Source: Octopus vulgaris
Taxonomy: Eukaryota
NCBI GenBank assembly: GCA_951406725.2
Contig: OX597830.1
Location: 76,136,001 to 76,200,000, forward strand
Length of the DNA stretch: 64,000 nucleotides
Reading direction: 5' to 3'
Part shown: piece by piece, positions 28,168-42,747 of the stretch
Position numbering within the stretch: position 1 is the first letter of the stretch
Layout: the number at the start of each line of letters is the position of its first letter
The notes under the pieces: generated by a model
Databases searched by the model: none
What the model saw: only the letters and a program-made list of their open reading frames with translations
What the model was told of the DNA's origin: nothing
Position numbers and translations under genes: made by a program

Positions 28168-29232
28168 TACTTATTTTCTCATTAATTGAAGTTTCTAGAC
28201 GTGAAAACCCATCAGGATTGTCGGGTGACCTCTTTTTGGGAGGCAGCGCTTTTGGTTGTGCTGTATAAGGCTCAATAGAATCGAGGCTGGCTGAAAGGCT
28301 ACAACGTGTGGCACACAATCTATCCACGCCACAAATCGTAGATAAAGAAAAACAGGATGGTCTTAGATGAAAAGCTTATAAGCTTAGGTTTGCATATATG
28401 GAGCCGAACTAGAGATATACATCAAAAGTCTTACGATTATATTAGTTGCTGTTTAGGGGCAAGACCGTTTTGTGTGTTGTTGTTGTCGCTATTTCAGGCC
28501 CAGGTTAGCCGTGAGGGGCCAGATTGAAAACGATAGAAATGTCTAGGTCTTGACCGTCACGTTTCATTCCCAGCCGCAGTGTACCTAACGACCATATTCT
28601 TCAATGCGCTGTTCTTTTGTAAGGTAATAATAGTGTGTGACCGGGTTGCTATGTCTAGCACGTACAAACTCCCTTGCTCACTGGTGCGTTAGTTGATTGA
28701 GGTTTCTTTATAATGAAAAAGTGTACTTAATAAAGATTGTGTAATAGATACCAGGTTATTGAGTGCAACAATTGTCCTCGACAGAATTAAGAGCCAACTG
28801 TGTAGGCCACGTTTCTAACCTTGCCCCAAATAAAGAATGCGCTAGGCTGAATCACGTTTCTATAAAAGGACATGTAAATCTTAAAACATAGACACAAGAG
28901 GCCGCAGATAAGTCTTTAGTGTGACTTAAATACATAGAGACGGAGAGAAATAGGCGCGCGCGCGCACACACACACACACACACATTCACACACACACACT
29001 CGCTCACATATATGCGTACATTCATGTACAGAGCATCAGTTCGTGAATAAACCTCTTTTTATACCACCTTCCCATAACTCATTATGTATTTGCCAGTTCA
29101 ATCGGGAAGAGATCGCGAAAATAGCAACAGGTAAGAACGAATACATTATTACCGATTGATCAAAGAACTATTTTTGGAATCTAAAAGTAAAACCAGTAAA
29201 AACACAAAATTAAAACACAACCTACCTGATAC

Positions 29233-29297
29233 TTTATTTACATTATTTGAGCACGGGCTACTAACCCGAAGATTCCGAGTTCGATTCCAAGCAGTGA

Positions 29298-29345
<48 letters not shown>

Positions 29346-29545
29346 CAACAACATCGAGGAATACCTTAGGAATGAGGACCCAGGTTCGAAATTTCCCCAA
29401 GACACCTGAAGAAGGCTGGAGAGTATATCAGCCGAAAGGTTGTGTTAGCAACAAATAAGATGAGAACAAATATCCGTCGAATGTAAATAATGTAAATAAT
29501 GTAGATAATGTACATAATTCATCATCTCTTAAATATAGAACTGTA
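29233..29545 (+). mobile_element. tRNA-headed non-autonomous element carrying a hammerhead ribozyme motif
   Basis: Anticodon-like arm CGGG-CTACTAA-CCCG, B-box GAGTTCGATTCC, (AAT)n, hammerhead at 29401-29446, (AATGTAAAT)n tail. Confidence 0.7.
29401..29446 (+). ncRNA. Minimal type-I hammerhead ribozyme motif (one core-adjacent mismatch)
   Basis: Stem I GACAC/GTGTT, CTGAAGA+A, stem II GGCTG/CAGCC, GAAA, then GGTT where CGTT is expected. Confidence 0.7.
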
Positions 29546-30084
29546 TTGCCCAACCTGATATTGTTGTTTGGGAGGATAAAATATGATATGAGGCAAATGA
29601 ACTTTTTGCAGAAATCAGCTGGACGCTTGACAACAATGTGATAGAAAAATAGAGAAAAGAGGTGATATCAATGGAATATTGATGAGAATTTTGAAAATCC
29701 AGTCTCTCAAAAAATATTTATAGGTTTGTAGCCGTTAATATTGGCGTGACATGACATGTACCAGCCTGCCTCAATTAAAGTATGGTGGAGCATAACTTAA
29801 GTTCTTCAGAAGGAATGTAATTCCATTATTCCGTAAATCAATACAGGTGACCATAATATCTAGACCAACAAACAATTCTCCAAGACTTCAAAATTCAAAA
29901 GATCAATAGCTGATCAAAGGATTGGCAGAGTTGTTAGAGCGTTTGATAGAATGTTTTAGCTCTCTACATCTTCAGTTCAAATCACATCTAGGATGAAACA
30001 GTCTTTTTAATTTTCTGTCAGGGTCGATAAAAATGGACCGAACAAGTATGGAGGATCTAAGCAACTATTACAACTATAAACATA

Positions 30085-30480
30085 GTCGCAGGCATGGCAG
30101 GGTGGTTAAGAACCTCGTTTACAGTTAAGTGGTTTGGGATTGAGTCTAGTTTCGCAATATCTAGAACAACTGTAACGTACTATACCCTCAGCTGACCAAT
30201 GCTTTGTAAGGGGACTTGGTAGACAAAAAATGTATGGAAGCCTTATATGTGTATGTGGGTGTGTGGGTGTGTAAATGCAGGCGCGGTTCCAGTAAATTTT
30301 TCGAAAGAAAGGCACGAGGTCAAAAGGCAATAGAATTCTAGGAGAAAAGGGCGTAATAATATTATTTGGAAGGGTGCACTTCTTTTCTTGAGGGGTTACA
30401 TGCCCCGAATGTCACCTCCCCCCTCGGGTCCGCCCTTGAAATGCGTGCGTAAGTGCGTATGTATGTGTGTGTGTATGTGT

Positions 30481-30540
<60 letters not shown>

Positions 30541-30750
30541 TTGAGTTTATGTGTGTTTTCCTGTCGCCACCGTTCCACAACATTTATTTGTTTACGGTCC
30601 ACTAATTAAATTATAAAAAATACCAGATTTATAATCACATAAGTATTGAAGTCAGCTTCTTTTTCTAAAACAAAACTCTTAGAGGCAAGTGCCCCAGCCT
30701 GACCTCAGTCAAATACCGGAAACACACAAAAGATTAAAAGATAAAAGACA
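30085..30750 (+). mobile_element. SINE family A, strongly diverged, with a putative 160-bp MITE (30278-30438) in its microsatellite
   Basis: Degenerate head and tail. The insert has imperfect termini CAGGCGCGGTTCCAG / CTCGGGTCCGCCCTTG. Confidence 0.55.
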
Positions 30751-32171
30751 ACGGGGAAAATGTCACGGAGTGTGACAAGGCAACTTCTCTGGGTCAAAAT
30801 TTCTATATTACCAACAAGATTCAACACAGTCTCCGCCTATCCTATATCATTCACAAGACTTCGATTGATCTTGAGATTTGATAGAGAGAGAGAGAAACAG
30901 ACTTGTCCAAGAATCTGTTGACAGAACGAGAATTGAAGCCAGGACGAGACCACGTGACTGCTTTGCTAATCACACAAATTTGAATATAGACAACCAATCA
31001 GATTTGGTTGGCCAATAAGTCAGATATTTTGTTCAATCACAATCACGGCATAGAGGTTCGGTTGTTTCAGCCGTTGTGGCATAATCAGTAAAACTTCTCA
31101 CAATTCACAGAATCGCCATTATTATTCATAGACAACGTGGTGTTAAGAAAAGCAAATAAAATAAAATTAAACGACGAGATATGTGCGCATGCGTGTGTTT
31201 ATATGTCTGTGTGTGTTTGTGATCGTGTGTGTGTGTGGGTGTATGTGTGTGTATGTGTGTATATATATATATATATATTTATGAATGTATATGTGTATAT
31301 ACATATGTGTATAAATGCATACATATATATACAAACGTACATAAACGATACATGCATAAATATGTATGTGTGTGTATATAGTTATGTCTGTGTGCGTTTG
31401 TGAGCGTGTGTGTGAGTGTATGTGTGTGTGTATGTGTGTATATGTACATTCATACATACATTCAGTCGTACATATACGTACACATGCACACATATATATA
31501 TGTACGTTTGTAATGATGTATATATGTATGTATGAGGGTATGTAAATACAAAAATGTATTCTCGAGGCTAATTTGAATATAATGTTATTATCATAGTTAT
31601 CACTTACCCATCAAATATAAATAATTATGATTCGTAGCTGTCCAGAAAATAAACACGAAAGAGGTTACTTAGTGTGTGTGTGTGTGTGTGTGTGTATCTG
31701 TGTTTGTGTGTGTATTTACATGTTTGTATGCGTGTGTGTGTTTGAGCTTGTGTGAGGCGGGGGAAAGAATATGAGATGATGAAGGAAAGAAAGAGAGAGA
31801 GAGGGAGAGAAAGAGAGAATGATAATATGAGAGACAATGTGATAACACTATCAGACAGGAGAGACTGAGAAATTGTGTTCGTAGGTACAATGTGTGTACG
31901 TAAGCGTTTGTTTTAGAGAAATAAAGGAGATGGGGAAGGGAGAGAGAGATGGGGAGAAAGGGAAGGTGTGAGTTGGGGAGAGAGAAGGAATGAGATAGAG
32001 GGAGCGATAGAGGTGGAGAGAGATAGAGAATAATGGAAAGTTGGGGGAGAGATGGTAGAAAGCAGAGCAGAGGGCCAAGGGTTCGTAGAGGGTTTAACAG
32101 CGAGTTAGGTAACACCGAAGATATGCAAAAACTTGTTGTTGTTGTTGTTGTTGTTGTTGTTACCATTATTA

Positions 32172-32315
32172 AGGTGATGAGCTGGCAGAATCGTTAGGAC
32201 GCCAGGCAAAATGCTTAGCGAAAATTCGCTCGTCTTTACGTTCTGAGTTCAAATTCTGCCGAGGTGGAATTTGCCTTTCATCCTTTCTGGGTCGATATAT
32301 TAAGTACCAGTTGCG
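32172..32315 (+). mobile_element. SINE family B, 3'-truncated
   Basis: GAGCTGGCAGAATCGTTAG head, B-box GAGTTCAAAT, core. Confidence 0.85.
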
Positions 32316-32320
32316 ACAAA

Positions 32321-32467
<147 letters not shown>

Positions 32468-33677
32468 GTCTCTATAGTTGGAGCGGCGGAATAATACTTT
32501 TCTGTATTTCCTGAACATATCTACATTTTGAGTTCAAATATCGCCATGATCAGCTTTGTGTGTCATCCCTTCGTCATCGAGAAAGTCCAGTATTAGGCTA
32601 GTACTGGAGTCGATGGTATCGACAAGTGGCTCACACGCAAAAAATGACAAGCTTTGTATCTACATATACATTGACACATACATGCATACCATTACACATA
32701 TATGAATACTTTATTCATGCTTACATACATGGACAAATATGTATCGATACGTAGAATGACTTCTTGATTGATAGATTCACTGATTGGTAAACAAACAGAA
32801 AGATTGGTGATACGCAGTTGCAACAAATGTGTTATTCATTTATACGAAACTCATGTATCTTATGTTGTAAAACAAATACAACTGCATTCTGTTGAGTCTC
32901 TTTTTTGCTTTTTAATTTAGTTTACATTTCGCATGGGCCGAGTTTCACGCCACTGCGATCTTCAGGCGAGAAATATTTGTCATTCTGTTGATGGTCTGAT
33001 TATGTACATTGGAGTGGGTGATTGTAGGGTTAGTAAATAATGTGAAGATGATTGTTCGATGCGTCGAAAGCCATAGGCTATGCCCTAAACAAATTATAAA
33101 ACAAAACTTCGGAGACTGAGAAAGAAGCATGATAAACAGTATCTTCAGAGACAACACACACTAGAAACGAAAAACGACAAAACATAAAATGTCCATACAA
33201 GTATGTATGCAAGTATACATGTTAACATGTGTATATGTACGTATTTGTCTATGTATCTATATACAGATATATATCATATACATGCATATGTATGAATGTA
33301 TGTATGTATATATGTATGTATAAGGCCACGTAGGGTTCAATACATTTGTTTACAATTATACAAGGATTTCTTTTTTAAAGTTCCTCCATTATTTTATATT
33401 ATTTTATTAATTATATTTGTTGCGCACAATCCATTGCTTTTCATTTACAAATTCAATAATATCCCTATATTATATTAGAAATATACACTTAATATCATTA
33501 ATATTTATATAATAATATTAGCATAAATTATGAATTAATAAAACGTATACTCAAACTACACAAATACACATACAAAAACATGCATATATATATATATATA
33601 TATACAAAAACATGCATATATATATATACATACATATATATATATATATTATATATATATACAAGATTATTCATCTT

Positions 33678-33725
<48 letters not shown>

Positions 33726-33889
33726 TATGCATGAATAAATATGAGCGTGCATCTGTGTGCTTGTGAGTAAATTATATATATATATATGTTTATGAATATA
33801 AATACACACACACATATGATGAATATATACATTGTAAACAAGTTTCAACTGAATAGTTCTTCAGAATACAGACGCCCGGGTGTGTAGAT

Positions 33890-34095
<206 letters not shown>

Positions 34096-34432
34096 ACACA
34101 CACACGCACACATTATGTTACACTCATATTCGTTTTCCGGTGACGTCAGTTAATGTGTTTGTGTGTTTGTATTTGTGTGCCTGTATCTGTGTTACTTACG
34201 TCGCGTTAGACTTTAATGTTTTTTTAAACACTTCTGCTGGTATATCGTATAATATGATAAAAATAATCAGTATAGTATAATATAATATAATCGTATACAA
34301 TAGAAATATTATTGCATTATTTTCCTGCATGGCTTCGTTTACGAGCTGTTTTGAATGGCAACGTGATCAACCATAAATTCATATAGACATACATGCAAAC
34401 ACACATACAAACATTCATGCAGACACACACGT

Positions 34433-34510
<78 letters not shown>

Positions 34511-34779
34511 TGAGGATGTTGTAGTTTCTTAGAGACCAGGTCATAGGTTGCAGGAAAGATTCCAATATTGTTTGTTTCATAAACAAATAAAGAGTTGATG
34601 TGAATTCACTGATGCGTGTGTCTGATATATAGTTAATATGACTATTTCAAAACGTGTGAAAACAGATATTCAAAAAGGGTATGGCCCAATAGTAAGACGT
34701 TTCCTTCTCAACTACAATCTTCGGGGTTCAGTCTCACTGCGCGTTACATACTGTTCGCCTTCTATTAATATGTTTCCAT

Positions 34780-34987
34780 ACTCTTTACTCTTTTACTCTT
34801 TTACTTGTTTCAGTCATTTGACTGTGGCCATGCTGGAGCACCGCCTTTAGTCGAGCAACTCGACCCCGGGACTTATTCTTTGTAAGCCCAGTACTTATTC
34901 TATCGGTCTCTTTTGCCGAACCGCTAAGTGACGGGGACGTAAACACACCAGCATCGGTTGTCAAGCGATGTTAGGGGGACAATCACA

Positions 34988-35064
<77 letters not shown>

Positions 35065-35228
35065 GACAGGCTTCTTTCAGTTTCCGTCTACCAAATCCAC
35101 TCACAAGGCATTGGTCGGCCCGGGGCTATAGCAGAAGACACTTGCCCAAGATGCCACGCAGTGGGACTGAACCCGGAACCATGTGGTTGGTTAGCAAGCT
35201 ACTTACCACACAGCCACTCCTGCGCCTA
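34780..35228 (-). mobile_element. SINE family A, full-length and well conserved
   Basis: Head AGGCGCAGGAGTGGCTGTGTGGTAAG (A-box), GGGTTCAGTCC (B-box), core, (TA)(TG)n, tail (GTAAAAGA)n. Confidence 0.93.
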
Positions 35229-35599
35229 TGTTCTTTTTTTTTGTTTGTAAACACTATACATGATACTTTCTCGAAACAACTACTGCAGTTTCAAGGCTTT
35301 TTTCAGTATATCTGAGTTAGGTATAATATAATGAAACACATGTGTGTATGTGTGTGTGTGTGTATGTCTGTGTGTGTGTGTGTGTGTGTGCATATAAGTC
35401 GGGAAAGATTACAACCGAATAAGCATTAGATATATTGGCCCTGTGGGTGTGCTAAGTTTTGTCTTTGACTTCTGTTGTCGTTGGAATCGGGTTTGTTTTA
35501 TTCCCATTCGGGGGCTAACATAAGAGGACGGATTCAAATAACTGTCTATCTCATCTTCATATACATGTACACATATACATATACATATATATATACATA

Positions 35600-35701
35600 T
35601 ACTAACCAACCACATGGTTTCGCTATAGCCCCGGGCCGACCAAAGCCTTGTGAGTGGATTTGGTAGACGGAAACTGAAAGAAGCCTGTCGTATATATGTA
35701 T

Positions 35702-35783
<82 letters not shown>

Positions 35784-36000
35784 TTGTGTGTCTGTGTTTG
35801 TCCCCCTAGCATTGCTTGACAACCGATGCTGGTGTGTTTACGTCCCCGTCACTTAGTGGTTCGACAAAAGAGACCGATAGAATAAGTACTGGGCTTACAA
35901 AGAATAAGTCCCGGGGTCGATTTGCTCGACTAAAGGCGGTGCTCCAGCATGGCCGCAGTCAAATGACTGAAACAAGTAAAAGAGTAAAAGAGTAAAAGAG
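35600..36000 (+). mobile_element. SINE family A, 5'-deleted
   Basis: Very similar to the 34780 copy in opposite orientation. Confidence 0.9.
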
Positions 36001-36239
36001 TATATACATATACATGTACGCATTTATAACGTTGCACCATGTTAGAAAGGCCCGTCATTCCATTGAGCACATTATATAATCGTACTAGATATAACACGGC
36101 ACCCGGTTGCACTCCTACACTTGATCTGACAAAGGAAAGTTTCCGGTGGTTACGTGATATATAAGAAATAGCAGCCAATTTACATCGACCCCAGTGTATG
36201 ATGTACTGTATGGTAGTGTATTCTCTACGTGTAAAATAA

Positions 36240-36390
36240 TCTTTTCGACTATAAGCACAAGGCCTGAAATTGGTGGTGGTGGCGGGCGGGGGGGAACTAG
36301 TCGATTACATCGACCCCAGTGTTTCACTGGTACTTATTTTATCGACCCCGAAAGGATGAAAGGAAAAGTCGGCCCCGGCGGAATTTGATC
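36240..36390 (-). mobile_element. SINE family B, partial
   Basis: Core and tail match. Confidence 0.8.
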
Positions 36391-36471
36391 TCAGTATCAG
36401 TTGAACATGGTTTCAGATGTAATCGACTAGCACCCTCAAGATTCCTGTCCTTCTGCCAAAATTTTAGACAG

Positions 36472-36911
36472 TTCTTCTTCTTCTTCTTCTTCTTCTTCTT
36501 CTTCTTCTTCTTCTTCTTCTTCTTCTTCTTCTTCTTCTTCTTCTTCTTCTTCTTCTTCTTCTTCTTCTTCTTCTTCTTCTTCTTCTTCTCCTTCTTCTTC
36601 TTCTTCTTCTTCATCTTCTTCTTCTTCTTCGTCTTCTTCATCTTCTTCATCTTCTTCTTCTTCTTCATCTTCTTTTTCTTCTTCAACTTCTTCTTCTTCT
36701 TCTTCTTCATCTTCTTCTTCTTCTTCGTCTTCTTCATCTTCTTCATCTTCTTCTTCTTCTTCACTTCTTCTTCTTCATCTTCTTCTTCTTCGTCTTCTTC
36801 ATCTTCTTCTTCTTCTTCTTCTTCTTCTTCTTCTTCTTCTTCTTCTTCTTCTTCTTCTTCTTCTTCTTCTTCTTCTTCTTCTTCTTCTTCTTCTTCTTCT
36901 TCTTCTTCTTC
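36472..36911. repeat. (CTT)n microsatellite, about 440 bp
   Basis: Directly visible. Confidence 0.97.
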
Positions 36912-37109
36912 TGCTTCGTCTCCTTCGATTGGCGGAACAAGTATATCGAACTGTAGGCCTTATAACATTTACTCCGGTCCTCCCATTCTGCGTTCAAATC
37001 TCGCACCTGGCGATTTGTGTGACTTAAGCAAATTTCACTTCCGTGCAAACATTCAATCCAGGTGTTCTCTCTGAGGATACCCATTCTCCATCCCTCCCGT
37101 TTGTGTCGA

Positions 37110-37281
37110 GGGAATGGCTGTATGGTTAGGAAGCTTGATTTCCAAGCATATGATCTTGGGTTCAGTCCTATTGTGTGGCACCTCAGGGATGTGTCTTCTA
37201 CTCTAGCTCAGTGCTCATCAAAGCGATCTTAGTGGAGTTGGCGAAAACAGAAAAATCCTCCCCATATATGTATATATATAT

Positions 37282-37380
<99 letters not shown>

Positions 37381-37412
37381 ATATATATATAATATATATA
37401 TAAAATATATAA

Positions 37413-37474
<62 letters not shown>

Positions 37475-37720
37475 CACACATGTATATACATACATACACA
37501 CAGTAACACACAAACACACACGCACAAATATATATGTATGTGCGTGTGTGTGTGTGCTGGTTTGTTAACGTCCCTGTAAATCAGCGGTTCGGCAAAAGAC
37601 AACGATAGAATAACTATCACTCTTGAGGATATAAATACTGGGGTTGATTTGTTCGACTAAACTCTCAAAGTCGGTGCCCCAGTATGGCCCCACAATGCAA
37701 TGAGTGAAACAAATGAAAGT
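37110..37720 (+). mobile_element. SINE family A, diverged, expanded (TA)n
   Basis: Head, core and tail recognisable. Confidence 0.75.
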
Positions 37721-37995
37721 TCTAAACGTTGAAAAGAACATCTAAAAATACTACCACAAATGATGGAGATGCGCAAACAAGATGATAGGAAACGATTTAA
37801 AATATATAGATATAAATAATTGAATTTCCAGAATCGGTAGAGCGTTGAACGAAACTCTTTGTGATATTTGGTAACGTCCCATTACGTTCTGACTTCAAAT
37901 CTTGTCGAGGTCAAACGTTTATTTTTTTTTTTTTTTTCTTGTTGAGATCGATAAAATAAAGTATCAGATGGAAAAAAGAAAAGTATTTAGTATTT

Positions 37996-38036
<41 letters not shown>

Positions 38037-38160
38037 ATGAATCGATAAAACACCTTGAAAGTATCCTAGTAACACCATTGTTAAATATCCGTAGAATAGC
38101 AGGAGAAGAGAAATACACGGGTCAATAATACGAGTTATATGTGTACATATGTATCTATGT

Positions 38161-38243
<83 letters not shown>

Positions 38244-38284
38244 CAGATGACATGAAAGATATATGTATATATATATATATATAT

Positions 38285-38393
<109 letters not shown>

Positions 38394-39194
38394 CACATGT
38401 ACATATATTTACAGATATCTATATATAAAAACACACATTAATGCACGCACGCACACAAACACACATTAGCACACACATACGGACATACATACATACACAT
38501 ACACATGTATATACAGATAAAACTCATACACTTTCACAAAAATAAACACACACGACTCTGATGTTTATTAAACATTGTTTCGTAGTTGACTAAATCTGTG
38601 TACTTGTACACAATTTCAGTCAATAGATAGTTAGGTTGGTTGGTAGGTAGGTAGGTAGGTAGGTAGGTAGGTAGGTAGGTAGAGAGGGAGAGAGTGAGGG
38701 AGAGAGAGAGAGAGATGTGAGTGTGTGCGTGTATAATTCTTAAAGTTTCATTCTATAAGTTTTTACTTACGACAAAAGAAAATATAATAAAACGAAAACT
38801 GATTATGAAGGGTCTAGGCCTAGCGATGATGTGGGGCGCAGTAGTGAAAATATAGTGTGATAAAGATAAATGGAGACGGTGATAATGACGAGAAATTAGG
38901 ACTTTTTCCTTGTATCCTTCGTGAAAGAATAAAAGTCAAAGTTAACCCCTCCGGGTTTCGATCCCCGAGAGCAGAAAATCGTAGCAAATACTACAAAGCA
39001 ATCTATTTTACATAATAACCATCGCGCCAATTGACCTCCTCAGAGGTCATCTCATTAATTTGGCTCTTCATCTAACTGATATGGCCAGTTTAATTAAAAG
39101 TTGTTTCTTAATTTTAATTTTAATTCTGTAGTTTAGCTTCTTTATAGCAACCGGTTCAATATTCCGAGCCCACCCATACACGTATACGTTTTTA

Positions 39195-39593
39195 CTGTTT
39201 TATTTGTTTCAGTCATTTGACTGTGGCCACGCTGGAGCACCGCCTTTAGTCGAGCAAATCGATCCCAGGAATTATTCTTTGTAAGCCTAGTACTTATTCT
39301 ATCGGTCTCTTTTGCCGAACCGCTAAGTTACGGGGACGTAAACACACAAGCATCGGTTGTCAAGCGATGATGGGGGACAAACTCAGACACACAAACATAT
39401 ACACACACATACATATATATATATATACATATATATACGACGAGCTTCTTTCAGTTTCCGTCTACCAAATCCACTCACAAGGCTTTGATCGGCCCGAGGC
39501 TATAGTAGAAGACACTTACCCAAGGTGCCACGCAGTGGGACTGAACCCGGAACCATGTGGTTGATAAGCAAACTACTTACCACACAGCCACTC
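39195..39593 (-). mobile_element. SINE family A
   Basis: Near full-length reverse complement. Confidence 0.92.
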
Positions 39594-39984
39594 AAACAAA
39601 ATCAAAATTGTCAAATAAGCAACACAGTATTTATTACATTCAATTTTCTTTTAATTTGACACTGAAATAAACCTGGAGCCAAGGGGATATACGTTGGATT
39701 GTTTACGTCCCCGTAGCTTAACGACTCAGCAGAAAGTAAAAGATTGAATAATTACCAGGCTTAAAAAGAAACAACAACAAAAAAACAACACAAAAACAAA
39801 AGAACATGTGTTGATTTGTTCGACTAAACCTTGCAAGGTGGTGCCCCAGAATGGCTGCAATTTAATGAAATGACTTTGACAAGAGTAGTTGATTGACCGA
39901 ACGTTTTTATCGAACACTCGATTGGTTAATTGGTTAACTAGTGTACCAATTGACTAATGAGGAGAAAAAAGAAAAAAAATGAAA

Positions 39985-40735
39985 TGTGTGGTTAGAAGCT
40001 TGCTTCTCAACCACATGATCCAGGGTTCAGTCCCACTGTGTGGTACCTTGGACGAGTGTCATCTACAAGCCACAAAGCCTTGTAAGTGGATTTGGTAGAT
40101 GGAAACTGAAAGAAGTCTGTCGTACACACACACACACACTCATACGTATATATGTGTGTGTGTGTGTGTGTGTTTGTGTGTGTATGTGTGTGTAAATATA
40201 AAGACCCCTTTTGTTATGAATGACCATGGGATTGGACCTAGAAAGTTACCCACCAAGGCACAAGTCCAGGCATAGTTGTTTATGGAAGGCCAGCAGTCGC
40301 CCGCGCATACTAGTCTCCACTTTCCACACCGCTGATATTGTCCAAGGAAAAGGCAAAGACCGATGCAGTTTGGCACCATGTGGCGTCGCAACTCATTTCT
40401 ACAGCTGAGTTAGTTGAAGCCACGTGTAATAAAGTGTCTTGCTCAAGGAAAACACAACACGCAGCCCGGTCCGGGAATCGATCTTACTCACACATAATTG
40501 TGAGCCCGACGTTCTAACCGCTGTATAATGTGACATATATGTGTGTATGTGTGTGTGTGTGTGTGTGTATGCGTCCCCGACAACCGGTGTTTGTGCGTTT
40601 ACGTCCCCGTAACTTAGTGGTTCATTAAAAAAGACCTATAAAACAGACCTGGGGTCGATTTGTTCAACTAAAATCCTTCAAAGCGGCGCCCCAGCATGGC
40701 GACAATCAAGTGACTGAAGCAAGTATAACATAAAA
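39985..40735 (+). mobile_element. SINE family A hosting a family C insertion
   Basis: 5' half 39985-40125; 3' half 40570-40735. Confidence 0.8.
40200..40523 (-). mobile_element. tRNA-derived SINE family C
   Basis: Minus strand: GCGGTTAGAACGTCGGGCTCACAA..GATCGATTCCCGGACCGGG head, then CCTTGAGCAAGACACTT..CTCAGCTGTAGAAATGAGT conserved-domain-like core. Confidence 0.75.
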
Positions 40736-40800
40736 GATAAACCAATGCATAGGTTTATTATTGGCATAATGTATATTGCATTTCGGGTAGGAAATAGATA

Positions 40801-40947
<147 letters not shown>

Positions 40948-41159
40948 CTTTGTTTCTGTGTTTGTCTCGCCACCTTCGCTTGACAACCAGAGTTGATATG
41001 TATATGTCCCCGTAACTTAGTGGTTCGGCAAAAGAGAACGATTGAATAAATACCAGGTTTATCAAAAAAAAAAAAAATTCGATAAATTCGTCTATAACTT
41101 CTTCAAAGCGGTACCCCAGTATGACTGCAGTCTAGTTACTGAAACAAGTAGAATTAATT

Positions 41160-41349
41160 ATTTCTTCCATAGGTACAAGGCCTTAAATTTGGGCAGTGCG
41201 AATTTCGTCGGCCTCAGTTCTCAAATGGTACTTACTTTATCGACCCTGGAAGAATCAAAGGTAAAGTTGACTGGGCGGAATTTGAACTCAAAATATAAAG
41301 AGGGACGAAATGCCGCTTAGCACTCTAACAATTTTGCCAGCTCGCCGCC

Positions 41350-41381
<32 letters not shown>

Positions 41382-42170
41382 CTTTCTTCAATAGGTACAA
41401 GGCTTTAAATTTGGGCTGTGCGAATTTCATCGGTTTCAGTTCTCAAATGGTACTTACTTTATCGACCCTGAAAGGGATGAAAAGTAAATCAACCTCGACG
41501 GAATTTGAACTCAAAGTATTAAGACATTTTGCTAAACATTTTGCTTAGCTTTATGAATATTTCTGCCAGCTCGCCGCCTTTATGTTAATAATAATCCTTT
41601 CTACTAAGAACAGAAGGTCTGGAATTTGTGGCGCGGTGTGGGGTGGGGTGAGGGTTTAAGTCGATTACATCAACCCCAGTGCTTGATCGGTACATACTTT
41701 ATCGACCCTGAAAGGGATGAAAGGTAAAGTCGACCTTGGCGGAAATGGAACCCAGAACGTGACGGCAGACGAAATACCTATTTCTTTACTACCCACACGG
41801 GGATAAACACAGAGGGGACAAACAAGGACAGACAAACGGATAAAGTACATATTTAATCGACCCCGAAAAGATGTAAAGGTAATGTCAACTTCGGCAGAAA
41901 TTGAACCCAGAACGTGATGGCAGACGAAATACCCTTTTCTTTACTAAACCCACAAGGGGATAAACACAGAAGGGACAAACAAGGACAGACAAACGAATTA
42001 AGTCGATTACATCGACCCCAGTGCGTAACTGGTACTTTATTTATCGACCCCGAAAGGATGAAAGGCAAAGTTGCCCTCGGCGGAATTTGAACTCAGAACT
42101 TAACGGCAGACGACAATACGGATGCGCATTTCGCCCGGCGTGCTAACGTTTCTGCCGGCTCGCTACCTTC
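41160..42170 (-). mobile_element. Array of five SINE family B units
   Basis: Repeated family B core. The first two copies share private variants. Confidence 0.88.
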
Positions 42171-42708
42171 CTTTTTTCTTAATGAAGAATTCTTCAATAG
42201 ATAAATTCCACTTTTCGCATATCCAAATTTCCTGTCAAGTCACCCACTGGAATCCTGAAAGTTTCCAATGGAGAAGAAATTTCCCTCTGGTCAAAAATTG
42301 TAAACCTGGAAGCTTCCTCGTCATTAGCAGTGGTGGTGGTGGTGTTGGTGGTGGTGGTGATGGTGTGGTTGTGGTCTTGGTGATGTGATGATAGTGGTGG
42401 TGGTAATGGTGTTGGTAGTGGTACTGGTGGTGATAGTAAATGTCATGGTGGTGGTACTGGGGGAGTAACGGTGATGATGGTGATGGTGGTGGCGATAGTG
42501 ATGATGGGGATGGTCATCGTGATGAAGGTGGTGACGGTGGTGGTGATGATGTAGATTGTTGGTTGTGGCAGTAATGATGATGGTGGTGGTGGTGGTGTTG
42601 CTGGTGGTGTCGGTGATGGTAATTATGCTATATCAAGATCGTTTACATAGTATGTTTAATCACATTGGTTGGTTGTTTACTTCGTTTTATGTTGTCCATG
42701 TTATTGCT

Positions 42709-42747
<39 letters not shown>

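Larger units (their letters stand above)
29040..29910 (+). mobile_element. Decayed R4/Dong-type LINE endonuclease region, interrupted at 29233-29545
   Basis: Translates KNYFWNLKVK, TKLKHNLPDT, QPDIVVWEDK, FAEISWTLDNNV and YRFVAVNIG, colinear with the RLE domain at 62875-63380. Confidence 0.7.

Noticed and set aside
36319-37084. Poly-F/poly-S/poly-K ORFs
   Set aside because: Translations of (CTT)n
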